In this document: positions 1 through 12,300 of the stretch, in pieces | Layout: the number at the start of each line of letters is the position of its first letter | Position numbering within the stretch: the stretch's first letter is position 1 | Source of the DNA: Tubiluchus corallicola | Lineage: Eukaryota; Animalia; Priapulida | Length of the DNA: 64,000 bases | NCBI GenBank assembly: GCA_030141605.1 | Contig: JAQGDQ010000641.1 | Location: forward strand, 20,731-84,730 | Reading direction: 5' to 3' | Notes under the pieces: model-generated | What the model was told of the DNA's origin: nothing | Seen by the model: the letters and a program-made list of their open reading frames with translations, nothing else | Databases searched by the model: none | Translations under genes and position numbers: made by a program

Positions 1-469
1 TTACCATGCTATGTCCCAAATTAACCTAACAGAAATAAACTAAATAAGTTTAATCTAGTACATGGAATAATAATCAGGATGGAATGATCGTATGCACACT
101 GCAAGCTCCAGTATTAGCTGTTTATTCTGTCAGTTCAACATTTTTTTAAATTTCTCAGTTCATAACATTTTAATTTGGAAATTTAATTCGATATTTCTGG
201 CATTCTACGCTTTTTATTAATTTATAGGCAGCGGTATGGTGACATGCCAGGAGTTTCTTGATGCTCCATTGTGGCCCTCAGCAATCAGAAATATGGTGAC
301 GTGTTGAACAGCAAGCAACTCTAACCTCAGACTGTGCTACCAGTGTTGAAAAATCTACTAAACAGAAGTGATACTTTATCAAGCCTGGTCAGAAAATTAA
401 TGGGTGACTGCCGGGAAAGCTGCGTCTGGCATTTTACCTCGCAGATGTAGAATGAGTAAAGTCTATTCT

Positions 470-2475
470 ACATCTCCTCTCTCCTCCTATTCAGTCCTGT
501 TTCCACCAAGTCATGACCATCTCCTCCTACTCAGTCCTGTTTCCACAGAGTCATGACCATCTCCTCTTCCAACTCAGTCCTGTTTCCACAGAGTCATGAC
601 CATCTCCTCCTATTCAGTTCTGTTTCCGCAGAGTCATGACCATCTCCTCTTCCTACTCAGTCCTGTTTCCACAGAGTCATGACCATCTCCTCCTATTCAG
701 TCCTGTTTCCGCAGAGTCATGACCATCTCCTCCTATTCAGTTCTGTTTCCGCAGAGTCATGACCATCTCCTCTTCCTACTCAGTTCTGTTTCCACCGAGT
801 CACGACCGTCTCCTCTTCCTACTCAGTCCTGTTTCCACCGAGTCATGACCATCTCCTCCTATTCAGTTCTGTTTCCACCAAGTCATGACCATCTCCTCCT
901 ACTTAGTGCTGTTTCCACAGAGTCATGACCATCTCCTCCTATTCAGTCCTGTTTCCGCAGAGTCATGACCATCTCCTCCTATTCAGTTCTGTTTCCGCAG
1001 AGTCACGACCGTCTCCTCTTCCTACTCAGTCCTGTTTCCACCGAGTCATGACCATCTCCTCCTACTCAGTCCTGTTTCCACCGAGTCATGACCATCTCCT
1101 CCTATTCAGTCCTGTTTCCACAGAGTCATGACCATCTCCTCCTATTCAGTCCTGTTTCCACAGAGTCATGACCATCTCCGTCTATTCAGTCCTGTTTCCA
1201 CCGAGTCATGACCATCTCCGCCTATTCAGTCCTGTTTCCACCGAGTCATGATCATCTCCTCCTATTCAGTTCTGTTTCCACCAAGTCACGACCATCTCCT
1301 CCTATTCAGTGCTGTTTCCACCAAGTCATGACCATTTCCTCCTACTCAGTCCTGTTTCCAGTGAGTCATGACCATCTCCTCCTACTCAGTCCTGTTTCCA
1401 CCAAGTCATGACCATCTCCTACTATTCAGTGCTGTTTCCACCAAGTCATGACCATCTCCTCCTATTCAGTCCTGTTTCCACCAAGTCATGACCATCTCCT
1501 ACTATTCAGTGCTGTTTCCACCAAGTCATGACCATCTCCTCCTATTCAGTGCTGTTTCCACCGAGTCAAGACCATCTCCTCCTATTCAGTCCTGTTTCCA
1601 CCAAGTCATGACCAACTCCCTCTATTCAGTGCTGTTTTCACCGAGTCATGACCATCTCCTCCTATTCAGTCCTGTTTCCACTGAGTCAAGACCATCTCCT
1701 CCTATTCAGCCCTGTTTCCACCAAGTTATGACCATCTCCTCCTATTCAGTTCTGTTTCCACCGAGTCATGACCATCTCCTCCTATTCAGTCCTGTTTCCA
1801 CCGAGTCATGACCATCTCCTCCTATTCAGTTCTGTTTCCACCAAGTCATGACCATCTCCTCCTATTCAGTCCTGTTTCCACCAAGTCATGACCATCTCCT
1901 CCTATTCAGTCCTGTTTCCACAGAGTCATGACCATCTCCTCCTATTCAGTTCTGTTTCCACCAAGTCATGACCATCTCCTCCTATTCAGTCCTGTTTCCA
2001 CAGAGTCATGACCATCTCTTCCTATTCAGTCCTGTTTCCACCGAGTCAAGACCATCTCCTCCTATTCAGTCCTGTTTCCACCAAGTCATGACCATCTCCT
2101 CCTATTCAGTGCTGTTTCCACCAAGTCATGACCATCTCCTGCTATTCAGTGCTGTTTTCACCAAGTCATGACCATCTCCTCCTATTCAGTCCTGTTTCCA
2201 CCAAGTCATGACCATTTCCTCCTATTCAGTTCTGTTTCCACCAAGTCAAGACCATCTCCTCCTATTCAGTTCTGTTTCCAGTGAGTCATGACCATCTCCT
2301 CCTATTCAGTCCTGTTTCCAGTGAGTCATGACCATCTCCTCCTATTCAGTCCTGTTTTCACCAAGTCATGACCATCTCCTCCTATTCAGTGCTGTTTCCA
2401 CCAAGTCATGACCATCTCCTCCTATTCAGTCCTGTTTCCACCAAGTCATGACCATCTCCTCCTATTCAGTTCTGG
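470..2475. repeat. Minisatellite, 40-bp unit (44-bp variants), ~50 copies
   Basis: GAGTCATGACCATCTCCTCCTATTCAGTCCTGTTTCCACC. Confidence 0.95.
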
Positions 2476-2851
2476 ATAATATCTTGTAGAGTAACAGAAT
2501 GTATAAAAATGAATGAGACACGGAATTTATCCTCATAACATGCGCTGCTTTACCAGATGTTCAGACAATCACACAGTTATAGAACAGATTTGGAAACAAG
2601 CCTCTATAATTGAAAATGTAGGTGAGGTGGTAAATTGTGTAATCTGTTTGTTGCTAACCTTTTCAAGCAAATTGTCTTTTGTTTTTTTGTCATTCTTTCA
2701 GTGTTCTTTTTAACCTAGGTTTGTCATAAGTCAAAACTAAACAGTTTTGGTTTTAGAATACGTTTTAAAAGTAGTAGTGGTATGATGGATGGTTTGAAAG
2801 TGAGACCGGAGCGGCGATGATCTTCAAGGTTCTCACAATAGAAAGCTTTTA

Positions 2852-4340
2852 ATGGTGCTGATCAATGTGAAAACAGATCAAGAAAAAATCGTTGGTCAAC
2901 TTGAAGCAGAGAATCAGACACTGCACGAAACAATCACACGAATCAGACAGGAACTGCTGGAAAACCGGGCGGAACTCTGGACATCTGAGCAAGAAGTAGC
3001 CACATTCAAAGTATTACAGGAAAATCAAAAAGAAACCATGAAGGCAATACAGTCGACCCTCGTTAAACCGGACCCCGTTAGCCCGGATATCGGATAAGAC
3101 GGACGTCATCCGTGGTAAAGGAAACTGACCGATTTCCGTCTGAGCCCGAGCGCTAAACACAACACGGCCTACCAACTGTACAATAATTTCTTTATCCTCA
3201 CAGGTTAACTATTTTAAAGTAATATACAGTATAGTATAAAGTGCAATGTATATAGGCCTTATTAAGGTGATTATTCCTGTATAATATAGACCATATATAG
3301 GCATGTCGGATAAATTGGACAATCGGCTAAATCGGACCATACACCCCCCCCCCCCCAATTAGTCCGGTTTAACGAGGACTGACTGTATTAAAGAGAAAAA
3401 ACCAGCATCTTAACAGGGCAACCTGAAATGCAAAGAGCTATAACTCGGGCCACACACGGCGAACAAACCACACAAGAACTGCAACGGACAGTTGGCTCCC
3501 TAAAGAGTGACTTCAAAAACAAAGACAGCAGAGCAACAGGCTTTAGCTGTCAAATTTGAACATTGGTTGGCATCCTGTCTCGGAAGACAATGGAGTGTGC
3601 GCCAAGAGAGTCAGTTATTGATCACATTGATGGAGCTGCAGCGTCGACTGTGGCTGAGCAGTACGATCCTTGAACGTCTCCAGGGTGCACACCTGGGCAA
3701 AGTGTATTGAGATCCTGAGTTGCCCAGACAACAGGAACCCCCTCTCTTCCTCCCTGGTGTAGTCCAAAGGAAAGCCGAGCGATACGTTTGGCACCAGGTT
3801 GCTTGCAGGAGCTGCCGGAGTCAGTGAGCATGCTGCACTGGTCCGCCTTCAGGGCTCCACTCCTGATTTGAAAGGTTTGAACATATCACAATATAAAAGC
3901 AGCTGGTTTAGAAGAAAAGGTAGAGAGTCCAGAAACTGAAATCGACAGACTTCACAATTACTATGAGCCAAAAGCATCCATGAAAAAGCAGCCAAGGAAA
4001 AATCGCGCGAGACTGCTAGCAGCTAAACAAGAATTAGCTATAATCAGTGATCTTCAACAAAAACAAGAAAAAAATGGTAAACCAGCTGGAAATGGAGAGA
4101 GATGCTCTTCTTGACGGGGAGAGGGAGGCTCTTCTTGACAGGGAGAGGATGCTGCAGGCAGAGGTACAACAAGCCGTGACACGAGCCACACGGAGCGAAC
4201 GAATTGCTGAAGAACTACAAAAAAGGATTAGCTTGTTAGAGGGCGCATTACGAGCAAAGGCTGCAGATCTTGAAACAGCGACTACAAAACGCGGCTGTGG
4301 AAATTGTAACTGTATATTTTTAGGTGCTGCCATCTATTAA
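2852..4340 (+). pseudogene. Decayed coiled-coil ORF with internal repeat, nested antisense in an ASZ1 intron
   Basis: E/Q/K/L-rich heptad-like segments at 2852-3049, ~3420-3540 and ~3895-4340 are broken by a MITE (3050-3385) and frameshifts. The segments resemble one another. AATAAA near 4597. Confidence 0.45.
3050..3385. mobile_element. pogo/Tigger-type (Tc1/mariner) MITE, family D
   Basis: TA|CAGTCGACCCTCGTTAAACCGGAC...GTCCGGTTTAACGAGGACTGACTG|TA; near-identical copies at 38273-38582 and 49838-50165. Confidence 0.85.
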
Positions 4341-5240
4341 CTAATCCCTTTACATTTTACTAGCTAAACTCACCCCTAGTATAATTGTTCGGTCCAGTGA
4401 ATATGCATACTCACTGGATCTCTCCCTATTTTACAGTAATGGTTTTTGTGAAGCCAAGTTTGCATAATTACCTATACCTATATATACTGACTGGATTTTA
4501 CTTTCTAGTCACTGTCTCACTCTCAGTGATCAGTGCAGGACAGTCTTGTTCTCAGTGTTCAGTGTAGCAGTCATTCTACATATGTGTATGTAGTCTAATA
4601 AACACTTTTCAGTTTTGTGCAGATATGTAGTACACTGTTTTATTCGTTTTCTAAAAAGTGTTCAACTACAACCTCAAACATGACTTTCACAGCGGCGTTG
4701 TCACCCCAAAAATGACGAATTCGGAGACCAAGAACAAATATTAACACCGTACACAAATATGCGGAAACAATTGAGTAAATTAATTTACAAATTTCAATCG
4801 AAAATTGATTACATTTTCATATTATTATTGTAACAAACAGATTTATAATAAGCACAGTAAGAAACTTTGAAGACAGATTTTGAGAAGAATTTTTTCCAGC
4901 AAAAAATCCATTTTGTAATTCACAATGAAACTTAAGGCTTTTTTCACCACTTTTCAGTAAGTTAAACATCTAGTGAAATTCAATTGGATTAAAAGTGCAT
5001 AATTTTTTAATTAAAAACCTAATTACAAATTTGAAAATGCCGAAAATTATAAGAACTTCTCTTATTTTGAACCTAAACTATTGTACCATTCTGTTCTCGC
5101 TTATTGCACAGTTCATATTGCCCAATTAATTAAATTTTCATCATTTTAAACAATTGGGGTGTTTATAAATAAAAAAAATGTATGACTTACTGCAAATAAG
5201 TACCTCAAATGCAAAGCAAATGATTAGTACACCTCTACTA

Positions 5241-5765
5241 CAGGGATGAGAATGACAAATTGCAAAAAACTCTGAAACAGGCCGGGAGTTTGAGAGCCGC
5301 GTAGGCCCCCATAGGAGTTCAAGGGGGGCGAAACCCCCTTGGAGCCAGCAACAAATTGCAATTTTGTGACCATAGAGAGCCTCTAAGTGGGCATAAAATA
5401 TCAGTTACCTTGTTTCATGCATAATTAAAAATACCCAACTATCAAGGATACATGATACCTAATTGTCTCAAAAACGCCTAAGTACTGGCCGCTTCTATGC
5501 AAACGTATATAAAAACTGTCTACAATTGACTCAAATAACTCCGCACAATTGATTCTATATTTTTATACATAGAGATATACACGTGGTTACACTGATGTAC
5601 GTGATGTAAACAAAGTGACGGCCTGCCAACTATCGGTCAGCTTGTGAAATAATGTACTGGGTCCGTAAAAATTTTCTCAACGAATTTACGCGATTTACAA
5701 AAATGGCACTACTGGTCTTCCAAAAACGCGGAATTCCACGTATCCGCGGAATATTTTCATCCCTG
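5241..5765. mobile_element. MITE family B (CAGGGATGA TIR, 6-bp TSD CTACTA)
   Basis: CTACTA|CAGGGATGAGAAT...ATTTTCATCCCTG|CTACTA; four copies in window. Confidence 0.85.
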
Positions 5766-5885
5766 CTACTATGGCAGGAAGCTGATAGATACTGCAGTCT
5801 TATGAACACAAGCTACAATGGGCAAAACACAATAGGGTACCAACATTACGAACAATAAATATTGATTTATTTAAAGAAAACTTAC

Positions 5886-5997
5886 CGTCCATCCGCGCGA
5901 ATCTTGGGCATTCAGCTTGGCAATATGGTCAACTAATTTTCGGACAACAGACGGATGACCTTGTCTTGCCGCATACATCAGTGACGTCATGTGATGT
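5886..5997 (-). CDS. ASZ1: ASZ1 coding exon 5 ([37 protein letters not shown])
   Basis: Acceptor AATATAG, donor ACG|GTAAGT, 112 nt. Confidence 0.9.
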
Positions 5998-6290
5998 CTA
6001 TATTAAAGATGTATTACATTAGAAGCTTAGATGAAATATGGGATGAAATACGGTGTGAGAGACTACTACTTCATGATGCCCAAAGTCAAAAATTCATGTT
6101 TGAGTAGCTTAATTACGTTCTATCTGTAAGAAAAATCGTAACAAAATATAACAAACTAATTTGAGCCAAAAAGGAAACAAGGACATTAGTAATAAAGTGC
6201 GACTGAATAATGAAAATAAACTTACATCATGGTTATACTACTCTTGACAAATAAATGATTGAACTGAGACAAAACAACAACAACAACAAT

Positions 6291-6335
<45 letters not shown>

Positions 6336-9300
6336 GACTCTCTTAGGCAAGAACAGACTGCCAACTAGCCAGGTAAACTAGCTCTGTGAGTACAGCATGA
6401 CAAGAAGAAGCCAAGTCAAGACATACACACATGAATGCAGTTAAAAAGGACAGTATAGGGGGGGGGTTTACAGAATGAGAGAACACTGGAGTAATAAAAT
6501 AACCTAAAATCCTTCACATACGGGATGGACAGGAAAACATGTTACAAATTTATGTAAGGCATTTGTACTGAAACGTCTTACATGGATGCTTGAATTCCGT
6601 ATTGCAATATGTGAAACAAATGTATGCATGCCAATCCACTCGCAAATTCTGCTTGATAAGAACATTGATTACAAAGCTTTTATTTGTTTATTTATTTATT
6701 TGAGTGTGTTCTAATTACAGAGGTGTTTCTTTATAAACGAAAAGACAGCGATCAAGTGTGAAACTGAAAAAGGTTAGAAAACTATGCAGTTGAATATTGT
6801 CAAAGGAAGACAGGATGATTTTTCATACACTCCCCCATTTCAAGTCCAATAAAAAGTTTACATTTTAACACAATTAATACTGCAAAAGGGTTTCTGATAA
6901 TTGAATAATAGAGTTAAAACTTAATTAACGGCAGGCGAATCGAACTATTGATGACATCACAAACTAACATAATTTTCAGCAGTGAAACTATTCCACGAGC
7001 GTGTTGCACGTGTTTGCGAAAGCGAAAATTGAAGAACAGTGCTCCTGTAAGACAGAATGCTTATATTCTCATTTCATTTTTCATAAATCATTACTTTAAA
7101 ACGTTGGTCAAAGTTTGAAGTTAGAATATTCACAGCATGACAGTAATATGCTGCAAGATGAATGCTAATAAGTTGGTTTCTGAATAATATTTCACTTGCC
7201 GACATGACTTCGCTTCTAAATAGAAATTTGACCGGCACACGAATGTGAATGGTTTCCTCACTCAGCAAACGTACGTGAGAACAGATGCATTTTTTGAGAA
7301 TTATCTGATTAAACAGATAATGGGCAGCTGAGCAATTGCACGTTAGTAGTTTCGCAGATTTACTTGCTCCATTAGTGAATCATTTTTAAATTTTTTGTAC
7401 AAACGCAAAGTAAAAAACTATGTTTACACTATTTACACTCGTATTACTAGCACATCAATTTGCTCTCTTGGTATCAAACTCCCTTAAAAATAAACAAGAA
7501 GAAATAAATGCAACAGAAAGAAATAAAACAAAAAAAATCAATGCGTTTCTTAATACTGACAACTTATGCGTACTGATAGTTAACGTGGTTTTAGAACAAC
7601 TTCTACTACTCCATCTTACATTGAGAAAAGGCACTAATCGTCTTAAAGTTCCACTATACACAAATCATCTAAAAGTTCCACTATATCAGAGTCTCGTAAA
7701 AATATTTTCTTATTAATAATTCACGTTTTGCTTTTTAAACGTAATTACGTGCTACAGTTTTTGCATTTATAGAACCCATCACAATGAATGGCATGCCACT
7801 TTAGTTGAAGAGCCGTATCAGGGCCTGTATAATGTTTAAAAATGTCTTGACTCAAATGAGATGAGAAGGGACCTTGATTGCTTCTACATAAAGATGAAAA
7901 TTTGTGTGTCTGTTTGTGTGTTATACATGCATGGTCACATGTTGGAGCGATTGTACCATGAGAACCGGTATATCTCCGGGAAGGTTCTTTGTATCTGTGT
8001 GTCTGTTTGTGTGTTATACATGCATGGTCACATGTTGTAGTGATGTACCACGAGAACCAGTATATCTCCGGGAAGGTTGTTTGTATCTGTGTGTTTGTTT
8101 GTGTGTTATACATGCATGGTCACATGTTGCAGTGATGTATCACGAGAACCAGTATATCTCCGGGAAGGTTCTTTGTATCTGTGTGTCTGTTTGTGTGTTA
8201 TACATGCATGGTCACATGTTGTAGTGATGTACCACGAGAACCAGTATATCTCCGGGAAGGTTGTTTGTATCTGTGTGTTTGTTTGTGTGTTATACATGCA
8301 TGGTCACATGTTGCAGTGATGTACCACGAGAACCAGTATATCTCCGGGAAGGTTCTTTGTATCTGTGTGTCTGTTTGTGTGTTATACATGCATGGTCACA
8401 TGTTGCAGTGATGTACCACGAGAACCAGTATATCTCCGGGAAGGTTGTTTGTATCTGTGTGTCTGTTTGTGTGTTATACATGCATGGTCACATGTTGCAG
8501 TGATGTACCACGAGAACCAGTATATCTCCGGGAAGGTTCTTTGTATCTGTGTGTTTGTTTGTGTGTTATACATGCATGGTCACATGTTGCAGCGAAGTAC
8601 CATGAGAACCAGTATATCTCCGGGAAGGTTCTTTGTAGCTGTGTGTCTGTTTGTGTGTTATACATGCATGGTCACATGTTGCAGCGATGTACCATGAGAA
8701 CCAGTATATCTCTGGGAAGGTTCTTTGTAGCTGTGTGTCTGTTTGTGTGTTATACATGCATGGTCACATGTTGCAGCGATGTACCATGAGAACCAGTATA
8801 TCTCTGGGAAGGTTCTTTGTATCTGTGTGTTTGTTTGTGTGTTATACATGTATGGTCACATGTTGCAGTGATGTACCACAAGAACCAGTATATCTCCGGG
8901 AAGGTTTTCTGTGTCTGTGCGTCTGTTTGTGTGTTATACATGCATGGTCACATGTTGCAGCGATGTACCATGAGAACCAGTATATCTCTGGGAAGGTTCT
9001 TTGTATCTGTGTGTTTGTTTGTGTGTTATACATGCATGGTCACATGTTGCAGTGATGTACCACGAGAACCAGTATATCTCCGGGAAGGTTTTCTGTGTCT
9101 GTGCGTCTGTTTGTGTGTTATACATGCATGGTCACATGTTGCAGCGATGTACCATGAGAACCAGTATATCTCCGGGAAGGTTCTTTGTATCTGTGTGTCT
9201 GTTTGTGTGTTACACATGTTGCAGCGATGTACCATGAGAACCAGTATATCTCCGGGAAGGTTCTTTGTATCTGTGTGTCTGTTTGTGTGTTACACATGCA

Positions 9301-12300
9301 TGGTCACATGTTGCAGTGATGTACAACGAGAACCAGTATATCTCCGGGAAGGTTCTTTGTATCTGTGTGTCTGTTTTTGTGTTACACATGCATGGTCACA
9401 TGTTGCAGTGATGTACCATGAGAACCAGTATATCTCTGGGAAGGTTCTTTGTATCTGTGTGTCTGTTTGTGTGTTATACATGCATGGTCACATGTTGCAG
9501 CGATGCACCATGAGAACCAATATATCTCTGGGAAGGTTCTTTGTATCTGTGTGTCTGTTTGTGTGTTATACATGCATGGTCACATGTTGCAGCGATGCAC
9601 CATGAGAACCAATATATCTCTGGGAAAGCTTTACGCAAATGTCAGTTTAGGCTACTGACTCATCGCTTCTGAATATGGAAACCAGAATGACATGCAAGTA
9701 TAGCACTTTTTAGGATGTTCCACTAGATACAGCCATCCAATACGTCTTTCTTTAGAGGTTTTAGGGGGTCCCGATTTCGTATATCGACGTCCCCACTCTA
9801 CCCGAATAACGACGTACGATATGACAGCCAAAATGACACTTAATGCATAGGTAGACTCAGCTAGAATTTTTAGATAAAAAAAGAGCAGCTTACCTGTCAA
9901 ATGTGTTTATGTCAGCACCTTTTTCTAATAGCCACTCTACCGTGGCAAACACCTCTTTCTCATTACCTTTGGTAGAAGCGCAAGCAACCATGAGAACAGT
10001 AAACATATCTGCAATAAAATAAATTAATACAGTATTTTTCACTTAACATCTTAGTCAAACGATGGCACTAAAGATATGCATCAGTATTCAATATATGCAG
10101 CAGTGGTGCCATCTTTTATGGATGTCACATATTTTTCACATTTTTTTGCATTTTAGACAAACGATGGCACTTAAAATATGCATCAGCATTCAATATATGC
10201 AACAGTGGTGCCATCTTTAATGGATGTCATGTATTTTTCACAATTTTTTACATTTTAGTCAAACAATGGCACTTAAGATATGTACCAGTATTCAATATAT
10301 GCAGCAGTGGTGCCATCTTTTATGGATGTCACGTATTTTTAATATTTTTTTGCATTTTAGTCAAAAAATGGCACTGAAGATATGTATGAATATTCAATAT
10401 ATGCAGCAGTGGTGCCATCTTTTATGGATTTCACGTATTTTTCACATTTTTTGCAGTTTAGTCAAACGATGGCACTTAAGATATGTATGAATATTCAATA
10501 TATGCAGCAGTGGTGTCATCTTTTATGCATGTCACGTATTTTTCACAATTTTTTGCATTTTAGTCAAAAAATGGCACTTAAGATATGCATCAGTATTCAA
10601 TATATGCAGCAGTGGTGCCATCTTTTATGCATGTCACATATTTTTCACATTTTTTGCATTTTAGTCAAACAGTGGCACTTGTATGAATATTCAATATATG
10701 CAGCAGTGGTGCCATCTTTCATGCATATCACAGTAAAAGGTAGAGATCAGTAACTGTAACCTAAATGAAAATATATTACAGATACAGTCGTTAAAATTTA
10801 ATTTTGACACAATTCTAATGTAGCTGCCACAGACAGACAGTACAGTGGTCACTGTTTATTATACGCACGGTTAATAGACTCAATCGCTTAATTGACTCAA
10901 AACGCCTGGCACGGGCCGCTTCCATTCAAATGTACATACAAACTGTCGGCAACTGACTCAAATAATTCTGCATAATTGACTCAATATTTTTGCTTCACGT
11001 ATCAGACGTACCTAAACTAAGACACTTGTTTGAGAAAACAAACTACTTTTACTACTTTAATGTCACCTTTACATTTGTGCATTATAATCTATGTAGAAAA
11101 AATCATGTTAAGTACTGTTTTGTGTGAACATAGGTATGCTTATCACGCGTTAATATGTTCGCGTAGCAGAATCTACCATCCGTTCTTGTAGGCTATGTGT
11201 AGAGACCATGTTTGGAGTAGTCGTAGGGTTACCATACTTGGTACTACAATATATGCAGAAACAAAACCTACCATGTTTGGAGTACTCGTAGGGTTACCAT
11301 ACTTGGTACAACAATATATGCAGAAACAAAACCTACCATGTCTGGAGTAATTGTAGGGTTACCATACTTGGTACTACAATATGTGCAGAAACAAAACCTA
11401 CCATGTCTGGAGTAATCGTAGGGCTATCATACTTGGTACTACAATATATGCAGAAACAAAACCTACCAAGTTTGGAGTAATCGTAGGGTTCCCATACTTG
11501 GTACTACAATATATGCAGAAAGAAAACCTACCATGTCTGGAGTAATCGTAGGGCTATCATACTTGGTACTACAATATATGCAGAAACAAAACCTACCATG
11601 TTTGGAGTAGTCGTAGGGTTACCATACTTGGTACTACAATATATGCAGAAACAAAACCTACCATGTCTGGAGTAGTCGTAGGGTTACCACACTTGGTACT
11701 ACAATATATGCAGAAACAAAACCTACCATGCTTGGAGTAGTCGTAGGGTTACCATACTTGGTACTACAATATATGCATAAACAAAACCTACCATGTTTGG
11801 AGTAGTCGTAGGGTTACCATACTTGGTACAGCAATATATTCAGAAACAAAACCTACCATGTTTGGAGTAGTCGTAGGGTTACCATACTTGGTACTACAAT
11901 ATATGCACAAAGAAAACCTACCATGTCTGGAGAAGTCATGCATGAGTAACAGTGGATTACCATACTTGGTACTGTAACATGTGTAGAAACAAAACCTACC
12001 GTGTTTGGCATTCGGGTCAGCACCATTTTCCAGGAGAAATCCCACGACGTCTTTGTGACAGTAGTCAGCTGCGTACATCAACGGCATCCATCCAGATTTT
12101 AATCTTTTGTTTATTTTTATACCTGAAAAAACATGCGGAGCGTGAGAAATGAAACAAACACACGGCTGCCAATTACTAGAAAAGAAAATGGCTAAAATGA
12201 AATGCAAACTGTGACAAAACATAACTAATCTACGCAATTTTTTCACAGTATGATCTTCGCTGTTACCAGTAACTGTGTTTGAACTCCAACGTCTGGCATT

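Noticed and set aside
228-460. Exon-like GC-richer segment, candidate for ASZ1 exon 6
   Set aside because: No ankyrin-like translation on the minus strand; plus-strand frames close early.
719-2171. Repetitive ORFs (MTISSYSVLFP...)
   Set aside because: Translations of the 40-bp minisatellite; the unit is not a multiple of 3 and there is no protein signature.
7745-9658. Many Cys/His-rich ORFs on both strands
   Set aside because: Artefacts of the 92-bp array inside ASZ1 intron 4.
9987-10010. ACCATGAGAAC...AGTA...TATCT similarity between the ASZ1 exon 4 start and the 92-bp unit
   Set aside because: Only 11 exact bases, and the array ends about 270 bp from the exon; could be chance.
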